Below are positions 57,114 to 64,000 of a stretch of DNA of 64,000 nucleotides, one piece after another (the first letter of the stretch is position 1; the number at the start of each line of letters is the position of its first letter). The stretch covers positions 162,378,001-162,442,000 of the forward strand of contig OZ024740.1 in the NCBI GenBank assembly GCA_964016885.1. Direction: 5' to 3'. The translations under genes were made by a program, and so were the position numbers. A model generated the notes under the pieces. It was not told the DNA's origin. It saw only the letters and a list, made by a program, of their open reading frames with translations, and did not search any database. The DNA is from Eledone cirrhosa. Taxonomy: Eukaryota.

Positions 57114-57290
57114 CAACACAATCGGTACAGTATGTGAAAGGAATATATTAGGTTAACTCTTGAAATAGCAGCACAAGGGTCTTAACGTTTCGGACGGTAG
57201 TCCTTCATCAAAATAAAGAATGAGAAATGTGAAAGACTGAAGGGACGGGCAGGGCGGAATCGGAAAAAAATAACATGTCCATTCAGCACC
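57111..57290 (-). mobile_element. PLE pLTR fragment with hammerhead-like motif (about 57180-57215)
   Basis: Minus strand: TTGATGA-a-ggac-tacc-gtcc-GAAA-cgtt-A-aga. Homologous to 17150-17340 and abuts (TA)n. Confidence 0.65.
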
Positions 57291-57635
57291 CCATGACTTT
57301 TTCACCCACTGGATTACCAGGGAAAATGTAGGCCTCTTTTTACGTCCAGTCGGTGTCAGTTCATGTTGCGGGTTCTTCATCCAATTATCTCATTCCTCTC
57401 TCCTGTGTCCATTAAAAGGCTTGTTTAGTGAAACAACATTGCAATTGAGTAATCAGTCCAACAGGTATGACAGCTATTTCAGTGTCTAAGTTCTTTACCC
57501 TCCTTACTCAGCCATATGTGTACGAAATTGGTCCCAGACAAGATGTACTTCCGAAAATTTAAACAAAAGTTTAAATATTTTTTACATTTTAATTGTAACA
57601 TTTTGACATACGGAAATTACCCCAAACCTAACCTT

Positions 57636-57712
57636 CGCCTTATAAGACGCACAGTGATTTTGAGGGTCAAGTTTTGGAAAAAAAGTACGTCCTATATTTC
57701 GAAAAATATGAT
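57636..57712. mobile_element. Tc1/mariner-type MITE right end
   Basis: tataagacgca...aaaaaagtacgtcctatatttcgaaaaatatg resembles Tigger/mariner MITE termini. Confidence 0.45.
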
Positions 57713-57756
57713 ATGTATACACACACACACGTGCGCACACATACACACACACACGT

Positions 57757-58135
<379 letters not shown>

Positions 58136-59702
58136 TTTTTTATATAAAGCGCCATGTTGTTAGAAAGCTGGAGAGAATACGTTCCTGATGTCTGCAATCT
58201 GAGTTCAAATTCTACCAATTTTACTATCCTCTTCTGTTGTGATACTCTCCCTCACACACTTTATTTCTTTCTCTTCCGCCTCCCTTTCTCTCTCACTCGC
58301 TCATTCGCTCTGACGTTCCCTTCACTCTCTATCTGGAAATAATTGTTTCTAATTTTGGCACAAGTCCAGCAATTACCCAGTACATTACTGGTACTTTATT
58401 TTATCGACCCCGTAAGGATGAAAGACAAAGTTAACCTCGGCGGGATTTGAACTCAGACTAGCAAGGGCCGTAACTCTATGCCTCAAAGCATGGTGTCCGA
58501 CTCTCTACTGATACTGCCAATCCACCTGGAAATAATGGACTATGCTTAGACCTAAGAAGGGATGGAAGCAGCCACATTTAACTTGCCATAGGCATGCTGC
58601 ATATCACGCCAGTTTCCCTACGGTTCCACCAGGAGTTGAGAGCTGAAAGAAGGATGAAGAAATATATATATAATATATATGCTGCAATTTGTGCACTAAA
58701 CAGCGGGGTATGATAAAGCTATGAAATGATGTAAATGATACATAAATATAACTTTATCACATACTTCGGCTGCTTGACGCACAACTTAATATATCTTAAT
58801 TAACAATTAATATGAGCGTTAATAATACGCAAATTAGTACATCAATCTCAGGATATAAGCGATAGGGTATATGAGCCCCCCCCCCCCCCCCTCCCCTCCG
58901 ATTACGTATTTATGTGTGGTTGTTAAGAGGTTATGCATACCTTCTGACGAAGAACTCAACTGGGTTCTAAAATCTATTCAATGGATTTATAGGTTGTTTT
59001 TTTTTTCATTTTAGAGTGAAATACGTAAATTTGACATGTTTACATACCTATATACTATGTGTAAAGTTATATACATACTTATGTAGTATCGGTTACTTCT
59101 GTTCTGTTTATATACAGATATAACTTTAGTATATAATTCGGCAGCTAAGCGAACAATATATATACATTTACAGATTGGCAGTATCGGTAGAGGGTCGGAC
59201 GCCATGCTTAGCAGCAAAGAGTTACGGCCTTTATGGTCTGAGTTCAAATCCCGTCAAGGTTAATTTTGCCTTTCATCCTTACGGGGTGGATAAAATAAAG
59301 CACCAGTAATACACTGGTGTAATTGCTGGCCTTGTGCCAAAAGTAGAAACAATTATTACATTATCATATAATGTTTCTTCAACGCCGACCGGCGAAGAAA
59401 TAACATCACATTCTGCTGTCCTCTGTATCACGAAAAGAATAACATTCTTCGAGGAAGTTTTTAAAGATCTTTTTAAAGAATTATTTTTAATATTTTCAAG
59501 TTTTTTAAAAGGGTTTTATACCGCATAAAAAGCTCAGCAAAATATGTATCACGGAGATAAACCTAAATTAACTGCTTATATATCTGTGACTGTGTGTATG
59601 TGCATGTCTGGATTGCTTTGTCCTTCAAATCTCACAACAAAAGTATACAATCTTCCTATGTATTTCGTGTTCTTTTTCTTATAAATGTATCTATTTGATT
59701 TA

Positions 59703-59788
<86 letters not shown>

Positions 59789-59927
59789 TTATTATAAGTA
59801 CAGATTAAAGTTTAAGCAAAGAATCGCTGCTTCCTCCCTTTTAAAGGAACTTCTGAAACTCTAATATATAACCCTAATCGAGCCCTCTTCGGATTTTAGT
59901 CTTCACATATATTATTATTGTTGTTGT

Positions 59928-60394
59928 CGGACACTTTTGAAAGGGCTGAATACGAGCACTTACCTCTTCGGTGATGCCCTGATTAACTTTTTCAAATTTC
60001 ATTTGAAAAGGAAAATCAGGGTAGAGAGGGAAGTGCTCTCTTCCCAGCATTTTGTTGAAAGATGGGTGAGAGAAGCAAGAATGGCCCGAGTGAATGAGCC
60101 TACTCTGAGTATGTGTCTGTAAATTAAAGGTGGAAAACTGGGAGAGGGCACTTGCCCTGGTGGTCAGGGTCACTGTGGCCTTTTAATGGTCTTTCTCCAC
60201 AAATGTCCCTCGGAAGTCTCCCCCCTATTGGGGAATTTTTCATTGTTATTTTTTTGTTACATCCTCTGTTTTTGTTTTTTGCACGCAGAGATGCCCGTTT
60301 GTACCGTCCTGTATTGTCCTGTACTGTCCTTAATGTCTACTTTATGTAAACCCTTGTGGTTAATAAAGAAAGCATTATTATTATTATTATTATT
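59928..60394 (+). mobile_element. 3' end of a Tx1/L1-type LINE with (ATT)n tail
   Basis: LINFFKFHLKRKIRVEREVL..FVERW..* followed by 3' UTR, AATAAA and (ATT)n; attattattg occurs on both sides. Confidence 0.75.
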
Positions 60395-60967
60395 GAATGC
60401 TATGGTTGACGGAGACTCGGCTTTTAAGGTATTGTACATTTTGAACGCTATAACAAATGTAAATTGTTTAAAACTTTGACCAACTTGTAGACAAAAACAC
60501 CCTCCTCCTCGTGAGAGGGGTCTTTCTGCCCGTTATTTGGCCCTTCGGGGTTAAATAACTGCTTATTGGGGTTTTGTGCCCAATATTTATTTTAAACAAA
60601 AAAAAACAACATGGCTACGAAAAAGAATTTTCATAGGTCACTCCCACTCATTCCGTCTTCTTCTTCCTCAATCGTCACTACAACAGAGAGAAGATTGTCT
60701 CTCTCCCTCCCTTCTTTAAATGTGTCTCTCTCCCTCCCTTCTCTTTCGCAAGCGACGACAGAAAAGAAAAGTCTCGTGCAAAGCGTGCAAGATTTCTCCA
60801 CGACGACGACGACAACGACGAAACAGGTGTGCGGGAAATACGAAAACCCATTTCATTCGTCCGACGTCAGGAATAATAGCAGTAGCAGCCGTAATAACAA
60901 CAGCAATAGTGACAATGAAAACAACACTAGCCCCCATTTTCGACGATTATCAGATCTTTGCATCTGT

Positions 60968-63900
60968 TAGCCGGCCGGGAATGTGAGGCGGGGTAGCAGT
61001 GCTGTTTAGGAAAGGCTTGGATCTCTAGGTAAGGTCGATCTTCCGGGACCCGGACGGGAAGTTGGTGGTCCTGGACGTGAAAAATAACGAAGGTGGTGCC
61101 TTTAGAGTGGTGGCCGTTTATGCTCCTACTGGGGCAGGACGGCCGGACTTCTTTAGACGCCTTGAAGCATTTCTGGGCACGTCTCTCCTTTTACTGTTAG
61201 CGGGGGACTGGAACGGCATCTTAGACGCACGCTGGGACTGTGTGGGAGTATCCGATAGGAGAGGGGGGTGCAAAAGCCTCAAGAACCTGATCGGCCAGTT
61301 CCAACTGTCTGACAGGGACCGGCTTGATTTCCCTAATGCGCCAGTGTGGACTTGGGCTAACCGCATAGGGTCATCTAGATCGTATATAGACAGGATATTC
61401 ATTAGGAAAATAGACAGAAATAGTGTAAGCTGTCCACGTTTTGAAACAGCCGCCTATTCAGATCACAAGTTTGTGATCTGTATGGTCGACCTAGATAAGA
61501 CGCGTAGGTTAGGACCTGGTTACTGGAAGCTAAACATGTCATTTCCGGCACGTAAGGCTTACAGGGACCAGGTCAACAATTTAGTTAAGAAAAAAGTTGA
61601 CAGGGGGAGTTGTCAACAATAGATGGTGGGGGGCTCTCAAAAGAGAGATTAGAGTAATGTCGATAGAGTTTAGCAAAGAAGTAGCGTCAGAGAAAAATAG
61701 AAAGGAGGGGGAGTTGGTAGATAAGTTAGACGAGGCTATTGGTAGTGGCATTGCAACTGACGTGCTAGCGGCGAGAATGGCATTAGACCATTTCTTCAAT
61801 GCGAAACACGAAGGTTGCATCGTCAGAGCTAAGGCGCGTGCTCTGAGAAACGAGGGAACCAAAGCTGTTCGATGAGCCCGCGTGGCAGAGGCGCAGCCTG
61901 GTAATAAGACCACGATCCGGTCTTTGACGGACCGAGACGGACACGAGCTGAGCGATTCCGAGCGGATGTGTGAGGCCTTTCGCCAACATTTTGCTCGGTT
62001 GTTCGGGGGAAGTGGCGAGTCAGAGATGGTGGCGGACTTCAGTCCCTACCTCGATGGCTTGCCGCAACTCTCGACGGCTGACGCTGGGCGCTGCGAAAGG
62101 CCAATTAATTCAGCCGAGATTCAGGATGTCCTTGTCGGCTGCATGAGGCGCAAGTCACCCGGTTTGGATGGTCTGCCCTACGAGCTTTACGTAAATATGC
62201 CAGACGTGTTCTCCAATCTTCTCGAAGCCTTCTACTGCAACTGGCAGCAAAACGGGAGTATTCCCAGTTCTGTGAGCCGGGGCGTAGTGACGCTGATAAG
62301 GAAAGACGAGGACAAGAGGGACACATTACACAATTTCAGGCTCATAACTCTACTCAACACAGAGTTTAAGATTTTGGCCAGGGTGTTAGCGAAGAGGTTG
62401 GCGCTTGTCGTCGGGGATTTGGTTGGGGAGGCGCAAACTTGCGCAATCCCAACCAGGTCCATACACGACAACCTCCACCTAATGCGATACATCATAGAGA
62501 GGGTAGGGTGTAAACCTGGCTTCGGTGGGGCTCTGATCAATTTAGATCAATCGAAAGCATTCGATAGGGTCGACCATCGGTACCTGGAGGCTGTCCTCAA
62601 GGCGGCTGGCTTCGGCCTCGTCTTCAGAAGCTGGATCGCTGCAATGCACAGCGGCACCTGTTTGATGGTCAAAATTAATGGCCACCTCTCGGAACCGTTT
62701 CAGGTTTCCCGATCGGTCCGTCAAGGGTGCCCTCTCTCCTCCCTTCTGTACGTATTGACTCTCGAGCCTTTACTGCGGAAGCTGGAGCTGTTGCAGGACA
62801 TCCCGCTCGAACCGGGACGCGGAAAGGCTGTGTCGGCTTATGCGGACGACATCACCGTGATGGTGTCAGACACCTCAGAAATCGAGGTGGTCGGCAACTT
62901 ATTGGAGGAATATGAAAGGTTGACGGGAGCAAAATTTAACCCGGAAAAGTCAGTGGGCTTGCAACTCGGCACCTGGAGAAGTAAGTCCATGCCGTCCAAC
63001 AGCGTCGTTAGGCGCTGGACGGACGGACCGGTAAAGTGGCTAGGGGTTTGGTTCGGGCCAGACCTCCAGGTGGATAAGAATTGGGACGAGGTGACGGCAG
63101 GGTAGTCAGTCTCACCCAGAAATGGGCTGGGATGAAGCTATCACTGAAAGGTCGGGCGGAGGTGGCCAATGCGTACATCGCGTCCGTCATCTACTACCGT
63201 CTGACTGTCGTCCCTTGCCCCTGTTCGCGCCTCGCCATCTTGGAGCGGCTCCTCTTCAAATTCTTGTGGAGGTGTCAGGTTCCGCTGGTGAGGCGGTCCA
63301 TCTGCTGCCAGCACCCTCTACGTGGAGGGCTGGGCATGCCGTGGCTAATGATGCGCAGGCACGCGCTGAGGCTGCGGCATCTCCAGATATTCTGCTTAAA
63401 CGGTGAACAGGTGAGGTCGCCGTTTGTCAGACGGGCCTATCCGCAGCTCGTTTCTTTGACTGAGTTGCAGTCCTGGGTCAAGAAGAGACTGAGACTGGGT
63501 GACTGGCATCTGGAATGTTGCCAGGCACTCACTGCCCTCTACCAGGCGGGTAATGCGGTCAGTGGAACTTCCACTCTCGAGTTCTATAGAGGATTAGTGG
63601 TGGGCAAGTGCGACGACGCACTCTGAGAGGCTCTGGGAGTCAACGAAGTCGAACTAACCAGTCTGTACCGGAGGACTTTCGAGCCGGGGACGATGGATAA
63701 TTTCCAAAAATCCGTCGCTTGGCAGTGCTACCGGGGTGCACTGCCGGTTCGAGATAAACTCTACAGGCACGGAAGTGCTGTCAGACGGACCTGCCCGAGA
63801 TGCGCGCAGAATGACGAAACCGTTCTGCACGCACTCGTCCAGTGTCCGTGCATTACTGACTTGTGGAGTTATGTTGAACATCTGTTGTCGCGTATAGAAC

Positions 63901-64000
63901 GGATCCGGCTATCGGCCGAGTCCATAATGAAGATCGATCCGCCGCCTTCTTTTGGCCAGGAAGGGCAGGCAATTTTCCTCTGTCTGGTGGCAGTAGCGAA
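60968..64000 (+). mobile_element. Tx1/L1-clade LINE ORF2 (APE-RT-CCHC), 5'-truncated, with frameshifts and stops, runs off the window
   Basis: VYAP, GDWN, IDRIF, SDH (APE). KSPGLDGLPYE, ITLLNTEFKIL, LDQSKAFDRVDH, VRQGCPLS, YADD (RT). CPRC..ETVLHALVQC near 63790-63845. Confidence 0.96.

Noticed and set aside
58938-59000. CTGACGA-agaactc..gggttct-AAAA motif
   Set aside because: G12 is missing and stem I is out of register; at best a dead hammerhead.

Overview
AT-rich, gene-poor animal DNA. The SINE families and the very dense (TA)n/(CA)n/(GA)n/(TACA)n microsatellites look like an octopus/cephalopod genome (inference). No host gene can be called with confidence; almost every listed ORF is a microsatellite artefact. 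Recognisable content: two Penelope-like elements (PLEs, GIY-YIG with or without RT), a decaying Tx1/L1-type LINE plus three relics, four R4/Dong-type (restriction-like endonuclease) fragments, RTE fragments, a non-autonomous Helitron, several MITEs, about 20 tRNA-derived SINEs and a 2.4-kb 21-bp minisatellite. The main unexplained signal is a swarm of short insertions sitting inside (TA)n tracts. They carry type I hammerhead ribozymes (about 12 near-complete motifs plus 4 half-motifs, read by eye, in at least 8 sequence families, several with a compensated U3-A8 core), usually 60-280 nt from one end. Many carry fold-back inverted duplications, up to a 1.5-kb palindrome. One is a retrozyme-like 446-bp partial tandem. 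Two R4/Dong copies both sit in (TACA)n, and their 3' UTR resembles the tail of the dominant SINE. All calls are by eye; no searches were run.
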